DNA from: a virus
Lineage: Duplodnaviria > Caudoviricetes
Reading direction: 5' to 3' (one strand)
Virus record (IMG/VR): IMGVR_UViG_3300044558_000004
Coordinates: 1 to 24,073 of that record
DNA length: 24,073 nt
The notes under the pieces: generated by a model
Told to the model about the DNA's origin: nothing
Seen by the model: only the letters and a program-made list of their open reading frames with translations
The model's database searches: none
Made by a program: the position numbers and the translations under genes
In this document: piece after piece, positions 1 through 8,458 of the stretch
How positions within the stretch are numbered: position 1 is the stretch's first letter
Layout: each line of letters opens with the position of its first letter

Positions 1-2
1 GA

Positions 3-440
3 AATGACGGCCGTTTATCCAAGAACCCACCAAAGTATCTAGGGGCACAAGCTAAGGCTGTATGGCGCAAAATAGTGCCTTTTTTAGAGGGTGAGGAAAA
101 AGTTCAAAGAATCGATTCGTCTTTAGTGGAATTTTACGCGACACAATATGAAATATATCGTAATGCTTATGAACATATCAAAGAAAATGGTGAAGTTACA
201 CCTATCTACAAATCCCTGCAAAATTCAGAAGGCAAAATTGTAGGTAAGGATTTTATGGGGTGGAAGAAGAACCCTATGACGTCTATATATGATTCAGCTT
301 TAAAGAGCTTGATAAAAACTGGCGCAGAACTAGGACTATCCCCGAAAAGTCGTTCAGAATTGCTGCAACTGGTGGAACCGAAGAAAAAAGGTAAAAAGTC
401 ACTTGCTGAAAAGCTTAAAGAGGGGGCTGGCGACTTCTAA
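3..440 (+). CDS. terS: Phage terminase small subunit (P27-family-like), 5' end outside the window
   Basis: The frame of ORF 75..440 stays open to the window edge (NDGRLSKNPPKYLGAQAKAVWRKIVPFLE...). PPKYL..AKAVW, KKNP and ELGLSPKSR motifs are typical of this family. The stop overlaps the terL start (TAATG). Confidence 0.9.
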   Translation, partial: NDGRLSKNPPKYLGAQAKAVWRKIVPFLEGEEKVQRIDSSLVEFYATQYEIYRNAYEHIKENGEVTPIYKSLQNSEGKIVGKDFMGWKKNPMTSIYDSALKSLIKTGAELGLSPKSRSELLQLVEPKKKGKKSLAEKLKEGAGDF

Positions 441-2314
441 TGATTGATAAGGTAGATTTATCCAAAAGAGAGGCTAGCGTCTCCGAGGCGGTTAAAAAGA
501 TAGATTTTACAGCTATATTAGAGAAGTACCGTGACCCAGCAACTGTTTATGCTTGGTTAGTCGTTAATGACAAGATTGTTTCTGGTGAGATGATGAAGCT
601 AGCTTGTTTTAGACATCTACAGGACTTAAGAAGAGCCGAAGACCCAGACGAAGACTTTCCTTATCGCTACGATTTAGGACGGTGTCGTAGTATTTTAGGA
701 TTCGCTTCTATCTTCCCTGAGCCAGCACATGGTAAACCCATGCCGTTAATGTTATGGCAGAAAGCAATTTTGTGTATGAGCAAAGCTTGGGTATACAAGG
801 ATAACGACAACTTCCGTTATACTCGTGTGATTGTATCTGTTGCACGTGCTAACGGTAAATCTTATATTGCTAGCATCATGCTGTGGTACACCTACTTAAT
901 CGAATGTGCTGGATTATCCAATCAAGATATTGGTTACACAATGCCTACTGGTGCACAAATGAAAAAGCCGTGGGCTTATGTGCTAACATCTGGGAGAATT
1001 CTAAAAGATACCGAAGATGATATACAGGATATTTTTAGTGATACTGATACTTATATCGGTGAAATGGGCGTTAAATCTGCAATTGGTAATAAAGTAGTTC
1101 AATTGTCTAATGAATCCGGTCAATTTGATAGTTACCATTTTCGCTTGGCAGTGGTTGATGAAGCAGGAGATGGGGGCTACGCTCACAAACCTAATATTGG
1201 TAAAATCACTCAAGGACAATCTCACTTACCTAACGCTCAACTATTAATGATATCTACGTCTTATGAGAATACAGAAACGTTATTCTATAAAGATCAGATA
1301 CGTTTAAAAGACGTTATGAAAAAAGACTATTCTCGTGATGAAGACAGTTATTTATGTTTGGTATGGCAACAATATAACCTAGATGAAATCAATCAACCTA
1401 AGACTTGGATTAAGAGCAATCCTTTGCTAGAACTAGATGAAGACGGTGCTATCCTAAAACGTATGATTAGTGACAAAGATGCTCACATAGCTTCTGGAAT
1501 TGCTAATGAGTTTCAAAATCGTAACTTAAACAACTGGTTGCAGGTTAAAGTCAATTCTTACGTTAGTCTTGAGGACTTAGAAAAGGCAGTTATTCCTAGA
1601 TTCAGTATTGACAATCGACAGGTTTACATTGGTTATGATAAGGGACAGTTCAGTGATGATAACGCAATCGCTTTTGTATACCCTTATGAAGATAACGGAG
1701 TAGGTAAGTTTCATGTCGAGCAATTCTCGTTTATTCCACTTAGAAACTCAAACAATGATATCAATATTAAAGAACATCAAGATGGAATTAATTATCGTGC
1801 AGAAGTTGAAAAAGGATTCGGAAAGATTACTGAAAACCAATACGGAATTGTTGAAGATGATGAAGTGTGCAATTGGTTGCTGAACTACGTAGATGAGCAC
1901 CATTTACAAGTTAAGGCTTTCTTATATGATTTCTACCACGAAACGTCAATGACTAAGAGGCTTGTTGAAAATACCGAATGGGTTTGTGTACCTGTTCATC
2001 AAGGCGTTAGAAGCTTAAATGAACCAACTCGTTTTTTCCGTGATGAATTACATCAAGGGCGTATTACAATGCTGGACGATGGAATTTTACAGTACTCACT
2101 TAAGAACGCCTTACTGTTCGAAGAAAATAATGGTATCAAGATTAATAAAGACAAGCGTACTAGCAAGATTGACGCAGTAGACGCCTTAATTGACGCTTTA
2201 TATGAAGCAATGTATTACTTTGACGGATTAAGTAACGTTAAAACTAAGTCCATTTGGGACAATAAAACAACAGATGAAATTAACGATTACTTTATGAACG
2301 ACTTTAGTTTTTAG
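440..2314 (+). CDS. terL: Phage terminase large subunit
   Basis: 624 aa. Walker A-like VARANGKS, Walker B LAVVDE, WIKSNPLL, nuclease-region VYIGYD and C-terminal KIDAVDALIDA. Lies between terS and portal. Confidence 0.95.
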   Translation: MIDKVDLSKREASVSEAVKKIDFTAILEKYRDPATVYAWLVVNDKIVSGEMMKLACFRHLQDLRRAEDPDEDFPYRYDLGRCRSILGFASIFPEPAHGKPMPLMLWQKAILCMSKAWVYKDNDNFRYTRVIVSVARANGKSYIASIMLWYTYLIECAGLSNQDIGYTMPTGAQMKKPWAYVLTSGRILKDTEDDIQDIFSDTDTYIGEMGVKSAIGNKVVQLSNESGQFDSYHFRLAVVDEAGDGGYAHKPNIGKITQGQSHLPNAQLLMISTSYENTETLFYKDQIRLKDVMKKDYSRDEDSYLCLVWQQYNLDEINQPKTWIKSNPLLELDEDGAILKRMISDKDAHIASGIANEFQNRNLNNWLQVKVNSYVSLEDLEKAVIPRFSIDNRQVYIGYDKGQFSDDNAIAFVYPYEDNGVGKFHVEQFSFIPLRNSNNDINIKEHQDGINYRAEVEKGFGKITENQYGIVEDDEVCNWLLNYVDEHHLQVKAFLYDFYHETSMTKRLVENTEWVCVPVHQGVRSLNEPTRFFRDELHQGRITMLDDGILQYSLKNALLFEENNGIKINKDKRTSKIDAVDALIDALYEAMYYFDGLSNVKTKSIWDNKTTDEINDYFMNDFSF

Positions 2315-2325
2315 GAGGTGGAAAA

Positions 2326-2511
2326 TTGAAACGAATTAGATGGTTCGGACAGTTAATACTAGCAAACATTAGTTTAATATTAATGATTATGGCTCTGACT
2401 ACGTTTACTGTAGCAGGGTTTTTATTTTGCAAATATGTTGGATTGATAGTCCTAGGCTTATCTCTAATCTATCTTAGTTGGATTACAGCAAGCAGGAAGG
2501 GAGGTGAGTAA
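2326..2511 (+). CDS. Small two-TM membrane protein between terminase and portal (DUF1056-like)
   Basis: TTG start after AGGAGG. 61 aa with two hydrophobic stretches. Position is typical of cos-type phages of lactic acid bacteria. Confidence 0.7.
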   Translation: MKRIRWFGQLILANISLILMIMALTTFTVAGFLFCKYVGLIVLGLSLIYLSWITASRKGGE

Positions 2512-2514
2512 TGT

Positions 2515-3627
2515 ATGGCAATTAATCCATTTCCTCGTTTAAACACTCGCTCACAAAGCTTACCAAGCGGTTATATGCCGTTTACAGTTACAGGTAATGC
2601 AATTATACCTGAACCAGTTGTGAATGCTGATACGGCTATTAAGAACTCTGATATCTTTTCAGTTATCAGTTTAATTAGTTCTCAACTAGCGAGCATCAAT
2701 TATGTGATGAGCGAACCTTTTAAAGGTGTTTTCGAACATCCAAACGATAAAATTAACGCTTATGGGTTTTGGACGTCGGTTATTAATCAAATGTTGCTTA
2801 CCGGTAATGCCTATGTAGCAATTCGTAGGGAAAAAGGGATGCCAGTAGAACTTGAAGAAATTCCATACGCAAACGTTCAAGTTATTCTCGGTGACAACAA
2901 TGGTGATTTAACTTATCAGGTATCTTACAACGATGAACGTAGCAGTGAAGTTATTAAATCCGACGATATGTTACATTTTCGTATCTTTGTTACTGGTAAT
3001 TCACTTTACCAATACGTTGGAACATCACCACTACAGGCACTAATTAACGAACTATCTTTTCAATCTCTATCTAGTAGATTATCAGTTAATACGCTTAAAA
3101 ACTTCATTGCACCTAGTTTAGCTATTTCAGTGCCAGAAGCCAAAATATCTAAGGAAACCAAGGAATCAATCAGAGAAGGATTCTATGACCAGTATTCTGG
3201 TGCTAACCAGGGTAAACCAGTTGTATTAGACCGTTCAGCTACTATTGATGCTTTACCAACCATTGACGCTAAGACAGCTGAATATTTAAACAACGTCAAC
3301 TGGACTAGAGCACAAGTTAGTAAAGTATTTGGTATTCCAGACAACTATTTAAACGGTCAAGGTGATCAACAAAGTTCATTAGATCAGTCTACAAGCATGT
3401 TTATTAGTAGTTTTAATCGCTACATTAAACCGTTTATAAGCGAGTTAGAACAGAAGTTTAAGGTTCACGTTAAAGCAGACCTAGACCCTATTGTAGACCC
3501 AACAGGTTCTAAATATGCCGATATGATAGCTAAGTTTGCGAGTGGAAAAGCTCCTGTTTTGAGTGGGGAACAAGTAATCGCCCTACTTCAACGAAAGGGG
3601 GTGATAGATGATGACTTCGAAAAATGA
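2515..3627 (+). CDS. HK97-family portal protein
   Basis: 370 aa. LLTGNAYVAI, DMLHFR, GTSPLQAL and KVFGIP motifs. RBS GGAGGTGA upstream. Synteny. Confidence 0.95.
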   Translation: MAINPFPRLNTRSQSLPSGYMPFTVTGNAIIPEPVVNADTAIKNSDIFSVISLISSQLASINYVMSEPFKGVFEHPNDKINAYGFWTSVINQMLLTGNAYVAIRREKGMPVELEEIPYANVQVILGDNNGDLTYQVSYNDERSSEVIKSDDMLHFRIFVTGNSLYQYVGTSPLQALINELSFQSLSSRLSVNTLKNFIAPSLAISVPEAKISKETKESIREGFYDQYSGANQGKPVVLDRSATIDALPTIDAKTAEYLNNVNWTRAQVSKVFGIPDNYLNGQGDQQSSLDQSTSMFISSFNRYIKPFISELEQKFKVHVKADLDPIVDPTGSKYADMIAKFASGKAPVLSGEQVIALLQRKGVIDDDFEK

Positions 3628-4201
3628 TGTTCGAAGTGTTTTAAATAAAAATTGGCACTTACGGGACTTAAGCAATGATGATAGTACATCTGCTATTGGA
3701 CAGGTCACTGGTTACGCTTGTGTGTTTAATCAACCGAGTGAAGATATGGGATTCATTGAGTATTGTGATCCTAATATGTTTGATGGAGTTGATATGAGTA
3801 ATGTATTAGCTCTTTATAGTCACGATTTATCCAACGTTTTAGGTAGAGTATCGGCTGATACTTTAGTTTTAAAGGTTGATGATTACGGGCTTAAGTTTAC
3901 GTTGGATATTCCTGACACAACTCTAGGAAGAGATGTTTACACTAATATCAAGAATGGAAATTTAGAAGGATGTTCTTTTGGATTTACGATTGAAGATGAT
4001 TCATGGAGTAGAGATACAAATGGTCAATTAGTTCATACAATCTTACAAATTGGAGAGTTGACCGAAATAAGCATTACACCATTACCCGCTTACACAGAGA
4101 CTAGCGTTGCTGTTAGTCGTGGATTAAAGAAAGTTAATGAAGAGACACGTCGAGAAAAGGCGCGTCTCTTTTTAGATTTAACAGAAATGGAGGTTTTTTA
4201 A
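3608..4201 (+). CDS. HK97-family prohead maturation protease
   Basis: GYACVFN, LYSHD, GCSFGF and EISITPLPAY motifs. Lies between portal and capsid. Confidence 0.95.
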   Translation: MMTSKNDVRSVLNKNWHLRDLSNDDSTSAIGQVTGYACVFNQPSEDMGFIEYCDPNMFDGVDMSNVLALYSHDLSNVLGRVSADTLVLKVDDYGLKFTLDIPDTTLGRDVYTNIKNGNLEGCSFGFTIEDDSWSRDTNGQLVHTILQIGELTEISITPLPAYTETSVAVSRGLKKVNEETRREKARLFLDLTEMEVF

Positions 4202-4202
4202 T

Positions 4203-5525
4203 TTGAATAAAGAAAAATTAGAACAGCAATTACGGGATAAGACAGGGCAACTTAAAAGTTTGATCTCTGAAACTAGAGATTTATTGGGTGCCGAAGATAG
4301 TTCTACAGAAAATATTGAAAACAAAATGAATGAGGTAAGAAAGCTAAAGAAGGATATTGAAGGACTCAACGTTAAGCTCCGTGCTTTGAATGATTTAGAT
4401 AAGAACGAATCTAAGAGTGATTCTGAGGGAAACTCAAAAGGTAAAACGGATAAATCAGCGGATAAATCCAAAGATGAGTCTGAAAATACTAAGCAAGATT
4501 CAGAAGACCGTGATGAAGAAATTGATGATAACTCAGACGATGACTATGTCGCCGAGGATGAATTTAGCAGTAAAAAACAAAAAGAGAATGAAAAGGGAAA
4601 AGGTGAAAAAAGAGATATGGCTACGAATTTAACAGAAAACCAAAAGGCACAAGATAACACACGATCAATTGAAAACTACATTCGTTCACACGGTACAGTA
4701 CGTGATGCCGGACTTAAGACTGGCGATATTGGGGCAATGATCCCAGAAGAAATCATCTACAATCCAGAAGCAGAAGTTAACTCGGTTGCTGACTTATCAG
4801 CGCTGGTAACTAAGACTCCTGCTACTACTGGCTCTGGTACTTACCCAATCTTGAAACGTGCTACTGCTGTAATGAACTCGGTAGCAGAACTGGAAGAAAA
4901 CCCAGCCTTAGCTAAACCAGAATTTGAAAATGTCACTTGGAAAATTGCTACTTATCGTGGTGCTATTCCAATTTCAGAAGAATCAATTCAAGATACGCGA
5001 GTTCCTTTAATGCCAGTTATTCAAAAGAACGCTAGTGAACAACGTTTAAACACTCTTAATAAGGCTATTAGTGCTAAGTTAGTTACGTTTAACGCTAAAG
5101 CTTCAACCGCTGACACAGTAGCAGATGACTTAAAACACGTTCTTAATGTTGATTTAGATCCTGCTTATGATAAAACTATTGTTGTTTCACAATCAGCATA
5201 CCAAGTTCTAGATACATTGAAGGATAAAGAAGGACGTTACTTACTACAAGAAAGCATTACAGCAGCTTCTGGTTTAACTTTATTTGGCAAATCAGTAGTT
5301 GTAGTTAATGACGAATTACTAGGTCAAGTTGGGGAAGCCCATATCTGGGTTGGTGATTTAAAACGTGCAATTCTTTATGTTAACCGTGTGGATACACAAA
5401 TTAGCTGGGTTAAGAATGAAATTTACGGTCAATATCTCGGACTAGCAATGCGTTTTGATGTCGAAGTTGCGGATAAATCAGCTGGATACTTTGTTACAGT
5501 TGGCGCTGGTACACCGTCAAAATAG
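4203..5525 (+). CDS. HK97-fold major capsid protein with N-terminal coiled-coil scaffold (delta) domain and acidic linker
   Basis: TTG start with GGAGG at 4189-4193. GAMIPEEI, ELEENP, ISEESIQD, LKDKEGRYLLQ and VGDLK motifs. Confidence 0.95.
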   Translation: MNKEKLEQQLRDKTGQLKSLISETRDLLGAEDSSTENIENKMNEVRKLKKDIEGLNVKLRALNDLDKNESKSDSEGNSKGKTDKSADKSKDESENTKQDSEDRDEEIDDNSDDDYVAEDEFSSKKQKENEKGKGEKRDMATNLTENQKAQDNTRSIENYIRSHGTVRDAGLKTGDIGAMIPEEIIYNPEAEVNSVADLSALVTKTPATTGSGTYPILKRATAVMNSVAELEENPALAKPEFENVTWKIATYRGAIPISEESIQDTRVPLMPVIQKNASEQRLNTLNKAISAKLVTFNAKASTADTVADDLKHVLNVDLDPAYDKTIVVSQSAYQVLDTLKDKEGRYLLQESITAASGLTLFGKSVVVVNDELLGQVGEAHIWVGDLKRAILYVNRVDTQISWVKNEIYGQYLGLAMRFDVEVADKSAGYFVTVGAGTPSK

Positions 5526-5587
5526 ACGCCCCTAGTGGGGCTAACGTTGTCCCTACTGAAACAGGGGCTTTACTAAGCGCAGATTAA
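5515..5587 (+). other. Putative -1 frameshift cassette of the capsid gene, adding the 21-aa extension IDAPSGANVVPTETGALLSAD
   Basis: TCA AAA TAG with A_AAA at 5519-5522. The -1 frame runs 5522-5587. A stem-loop at 5528-5568 starts 5 nt downstream. A homologous copy sits at the end of the tail gene. Confidence 0.8.
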
Positions 5588-5607
5588 TAAAGGAGATGGC
5601 TTAAATA

Positions 5608-5820
5608 ATGGCAGATAGAAGTAAACAATCGCTAGTAGTCTACGATAAGTCTGGTGTTAAGGTTGCCACTGGTGGCGTTGGTACCAAACAAGTAGAAATC
5701 ACTGGTTTAGAAGGTGGTAAGCAAGTTGCTGCTGGTGATTATCAACTTGCTTACACAGATGGAACAAATACGTCTGATAAAGTAGATGTTCCAGCGTTCA
5801 CAGTTCCAGAAGCAAAATAA
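5608..5820 (+). CDS. Small partial Fn3/Ig-like virion accessory protein (resembles strands C-G only)
   Basis: Own RBS AAGGAG at 5590-5595. SLVVYD..KVAT..TKQVEITGLEGG..DYQLAY..TSDKVDVP resembles the C-terminal five strands of Fn3 (Y.VY...T.YTITGL.PG..Y.V.V...S). Confidence 0.75.
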   Translation: MADRSKQSLVVYDKSGVKVATGGVGTKQVEITGLEGGKQVAAGDYQLAYTDGTNTSDKVDVPAFTVPEAK

Positions 5821-5838
5821 AAATAGGAGGTGTCCAAC

Positions 5839-6174
5839 ATGGCTGTGACAGCTGAAGCACTAATGGACGAGCTCCACATTGATATTGATGATACAGAAAA
5901 GCTAACCGTTCAAAACTTAATTGATTATGCAAAAGAGATTGTAACCGATAGCGTAACCGATAATCTAACAACTGAACAACTCGAAATGAATTATCCAAAA
6001 TTGTTTGACTTGGCTACCAAAAACCTAGCGACGTCGATGTATTATGACCGTGAATTGACTAATGGAACATCTAAAGGGTATCAAATGGTGATTATCCATC
6101 TATCAGCTAAGGTTGCTATAGACATGAAGAAGGGCAGTGATGATGATGGCAACAATGAAACTCAAACCATCTGA
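5839..6174 (+). CDS. Head-tail connector/adaptor (HK97 gp6 / SPP1 gp15-like)
   Basis: AGGAGG at 5825-5830 favours ATG 5839 over GTG 5830. LHID..D and LATSMYYDRE motifs. Synteny. Confidence 0.85.
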   Translation: MAVTAEALMDELHIDIDDTEKLTVQNLIDYAKEIVTDSVTDNLTTEQLEMNYPKLFDLATKNLATSMYYDRELTNGTSKGYQMVIIHLSAKVAIDMKKGSDDDGNNETQTI

Positions 6175-6499
6175 TTTTAACCGTAGAATTGTTTTTGGAA
6201 AAACAAAAGATGAATTAGATAAATCTGGTAACTTTTATGTTCCAACACTTATACCCGAATTAAGTCTGTGGTGTGCTCCGCGAACTAGAACACTTAACCA
6301 GCAATATCAAATTATGAAGACAGAACTAGAAGATACTATTATCGTGGTTATTCGTCATAATCCTAAGGTTAATGAAACTTACGAGGTTAAATATCGTGAT
6401 GAATTTTATGATATTGTCTCAATCAGTACAGATGATACTAATCAAACTTTTGCCTACGACTTCATCACTCTTAAGAAAGTAAAGAAGGCAGGTGCTTAA
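6137..6499 (+). CDS. Head closure/stopper protein (SPP1 gp16-like); exact start uncertain (6137-6155)
   Basis: FNRRIVF, IIVVIRH and YDIVSI motifs. Follows the adaptor gene. Confidence 0.85.
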   Translation: MMMMATMKLKPSDFNRRIVFGKTKDELDKSGNFYVPTLIPELSLWCAPRTRTLNQQYQIMKTELEDTIIVVIRHNPKVNETYEVKYRDEFYDIVSISTDDTNQTFAYDFITLKKVKKAGA

Positions 6500-6914
6500 C
6501 ATCGATTACGTTGATTTTATGGAACAGTGGCTTAAACAAGTTAAAAAGATATCTACAAGCATGTCTACCAATGACAAAGCTAAGATAACTAAAGCTGGTG
6601 CTAAGGTTTTTAAGAAAGAGCTAGAACGTGAGACACGTAAGAAACACTATTCTGGACATGATGATAAAGTTTTTGGACACATGGCAGATTCAGTTGTGAT
6701 GAAAGGAACCAATATTGACAACATCAAAGATGGGACTAGTATTGTCGGATTCGATCACTACCACGCTAGCAATGCTAGGCGGTTAAATGATGGCACTAAG
6801 TACTATGTTGGTGACCATTTCATCACGAACCTTAGAGAACGAGTAATGCCGAAGGTACTAGAGGCTGAAAAGAAGGAGTATCAGAAGATCATTAATAAGC
6901 ACAGGGAGGTTTAA
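6492..6914 (+). CDS. Neck/tail-completion protein (HK97 gp10-like)
   Basis: KAGAKVF, GHMADSV, ARRLNDGTK..GDHF motifs. Synteny. Confidence 0.8.
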   Translation: MLNIDYVDFMEQWLKQVKKISTSMSTNDKAKITKAGAKVFKKELERETRKKHYSGHDDKVFGHMADSVVMKGTNIDNIKDGTSIVGFDHYHASNARRLNDGTKYYVGDHFITNLRERVMPKVLEAEKKEYQKIINKHREV

Positions 6915-7303
6915 TGATGGATAATCCCGTACTAGAGGTTAAGAATATTCTTGATCAAGCTAAATATGATTGGCTCTCTGAATGCTACGTTAATTATTTA
7001 CCAAAGAGTGCTCAAGATGATACTAGCAGAACCATTGCGTTGGTAACTCCGATCAGAGAAGAACCAATTCAATATGGTAATAACGTGTTTAATGGAATTG
7101 AGAACGCTGTTCAGGTACAAATATTCTTCAAGTATCAATTCGAAGATTCAATTCAAAAGAACAACATTGAAATTATGCAACTGTTTTTAAAGAACGGTTG
7201 GAAAATAGACGATTCAAAACCAATTTATGCAGACCCTGACACTAGACAACTAATCAAGGTCTTTTATTTTACTCAAAAAAATTATATAGGAGGTAGTTAT
7301 TAA
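6914..7303 (+). CDS. Tail terminator/completion protein (DUF806-like)
   Basis: YGNN.F, VQVQIFF and DPDT.Q motifs. Immediately upstream of the major tail gene, TAATG-coupled on both sides. Confidence 0.75.
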   Translation: MMDNPVLEVKNILDQAKYDWLSECYVNYLPKSAQDDTSRTIALVTPIREEPIQYGNNVFNGIENAVQVQIFFKYQFEDSIQKNNIEIMQLFLKNGWKIDDSKPIYADPDTRQLIKVFYFTQKNYIGGSY

Positions 7304-7911
7304 TGGCTACAGTAGGTTTAAAGCTAGTAACACTAGCACTTAAAGATTCTGAAACAGGGAAAGTTCTTACAGGAGAGAATGGTTTATCAGAAAATGGGTT
7401 GCTACCAGTTACAACACAAATGTGGGGTACTAAAACAGCTAATATTACAAATATTCAATCAACCGGAACTATTAATTACGGTAATAACGCAGCTGTATTC
7501 GTTTCAACACCTAAGGGAGCGCCACAAGTAGCGCTAGACTTCAACAAATTACCATTTGAAGTCACACAAAAGATTGTTGGACGTAAGCAAGACTCAGATA
7601 CAGGAGCTTGGATTGAATCTGGTAAGCATCCGTCGGTTGCAATGCTTATTGAAAGCGAATCTATTGACCGTATGAACAAAGTTTATTACGGATTCGGTAA
7701 CGGATCAATGACACAAGCTTCAATTAATAACGGAACTGATACTAACGCTGAAACGATGGCAACTGATGCCTTAACTTATCAAGCATTGTCTACACCAGAA
7801 TTTGATGGTGAAATGCTTGCTATGTATTCCGATGTTTCAACAGCATTCGATGAAACTAAGATGAAGCAACAAGTATTTGCAGGTTACGTAGCCCCAGCGT
7901 CAAAACCATAG
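7303..7911 (+). CDS. Major tail (tube) protein
   Basis: 202 aa starting MATVGLK, with GTKTANITNI, YGNN and VYYGFGNG, typical of tail-tube proteins in lactic acid bacterial siphophages. RBS AGGAGG. Confidence 0.92.
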   Translation: MATVGLKLVTLALKDSETGKVLTGENGLSENGLLPVTTQMWGTKTANITNIQSTGTINYGNNAAVFVSTPKGAPQVALDFNKLPFEVTQKIVGRKQDSDTGAWIESGKHPSVAMLIESESIDRMNKVYYGFGNGSMTQASINNGTDTNAETMATDALTYQALSTPEFDGEMLAMYSDVSTAFDETKMKQQVFAGYVAPASKP

Positions 7912-7970
7912 CCCCGGCAGGGGTAACCGTAACCCCTGAAGTAAACGGGGCGCTATTAAAAGCTGAATAA
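7898..7970 (+). other. Putative -1 frameshift cassette of the major tail gene, adding the 21-aa extension TIAPAGVTVTPEVNGALLKAE
   Basis: TCA AAA CCA TAG with A_AAA at 7902-7905. The -1 frame runs 7905-7970. A stem-loop at 7911-7951 starts 5 nt downstream. Homologous to the capsid cassette. Confidence 0.8.
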
Positions 7971-7978
7971 ATAACTAT

Positions 7979-8022
7979 AACTCGCCTGAGAAAGTAAACA
8001 ATACCGTAAGGGGCGGGTTTTT
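7979..8022 (+). terminator. Terminator-like hairpin with a large loop after the major tail gene
   Basis: AACTCGCCT (7979-7987) pairs with GGGCGGGTT (8011-8019) using two G-U pairs, followed by a short T run. Confidence 0.5.
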
Positions 8023-8044
8023 AATTTAAGGAGAAAACAAAGCT

Positions 8045-8458
8045 ATGAAAATTGTAAACATCAAAATTAAAGAATTAGGCATGAAGAAGGCTGTCAAAGT
8101 TGCTCAAAGTGTAGCAAACACAAAATTGATTAACTCAATTCAATTGACTTTGCTTAAATTACAAGATGATCACTCAGACGATATGACTGAAATTGAACAA
8201 CTTGAACATGAGGCACAATTATTGAGTGAAATTGAACATTTCTTCAAAAACTTCTTAAAGCTAAGTGATAAACAGATTGAAAAGGCAGAAGAAGAGCTAG
8301 ACCCAGAGGAATTATCGTTTGCAATTGGTGAAGCTACTGCGCGTTTCCAAGGTGCTACTGACAAAGATATTCAAAAACTCCGTGAAGGTATGAAGGCAGA
8401 ACAAAAAGATTTAGAAGACCCTTTAGCAGAAGAGAACGACTCCGACAAATCCGAATAG
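8045..8458 (+). CDS. Tail assembly chaperone (lambda gpG analogue)
   Basis: Between the tail tube and tape measure genes. RBS AAGGAG. Slippery heptamer near its 3' end. Confidence 0.85.
   Translation: MKIVNIKIKELGMKKAVKVAQSVANTKLINSIQLTLLKLQDDHSDDMTEIEQLEHEAQLLSEIEHFFKNFLKLSDKQIEKAEEELDPEELSFAIGEATARFQGATDKDIQKLREGMKAEQKDLEDPLAEENDSDKSE

Noticed and set aside
75-77. GTG 75 as the start of the small terminase
   Set aside because: The frame is open to the window edge and encodes conserved terS motifs upstream of it.
5528-5571. Capsid and tail downstream hairpins as intrinsic terminators
   Set aside because: Only TTT follows the capsid copy and no T run follows the tail copy; the conserved -1 peptide is better explained by recoding.
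5596-5604. Mini-ORF ATG GCT TAA before the 70-aa gene
   Set aside because: The ATG abuts the AGGAG with no spacer, so initiation is unlikely; the RBS fits ATG 5608 better.
5522-5820. A single frameshift fusing the capsid to the whole 70-aa protein
   Set aside because: The -1 frame ends at tandem TAA TAA (5585-5590), and the 70-aa ORF is in another frame with an in-frame TAA at 5602-5604.
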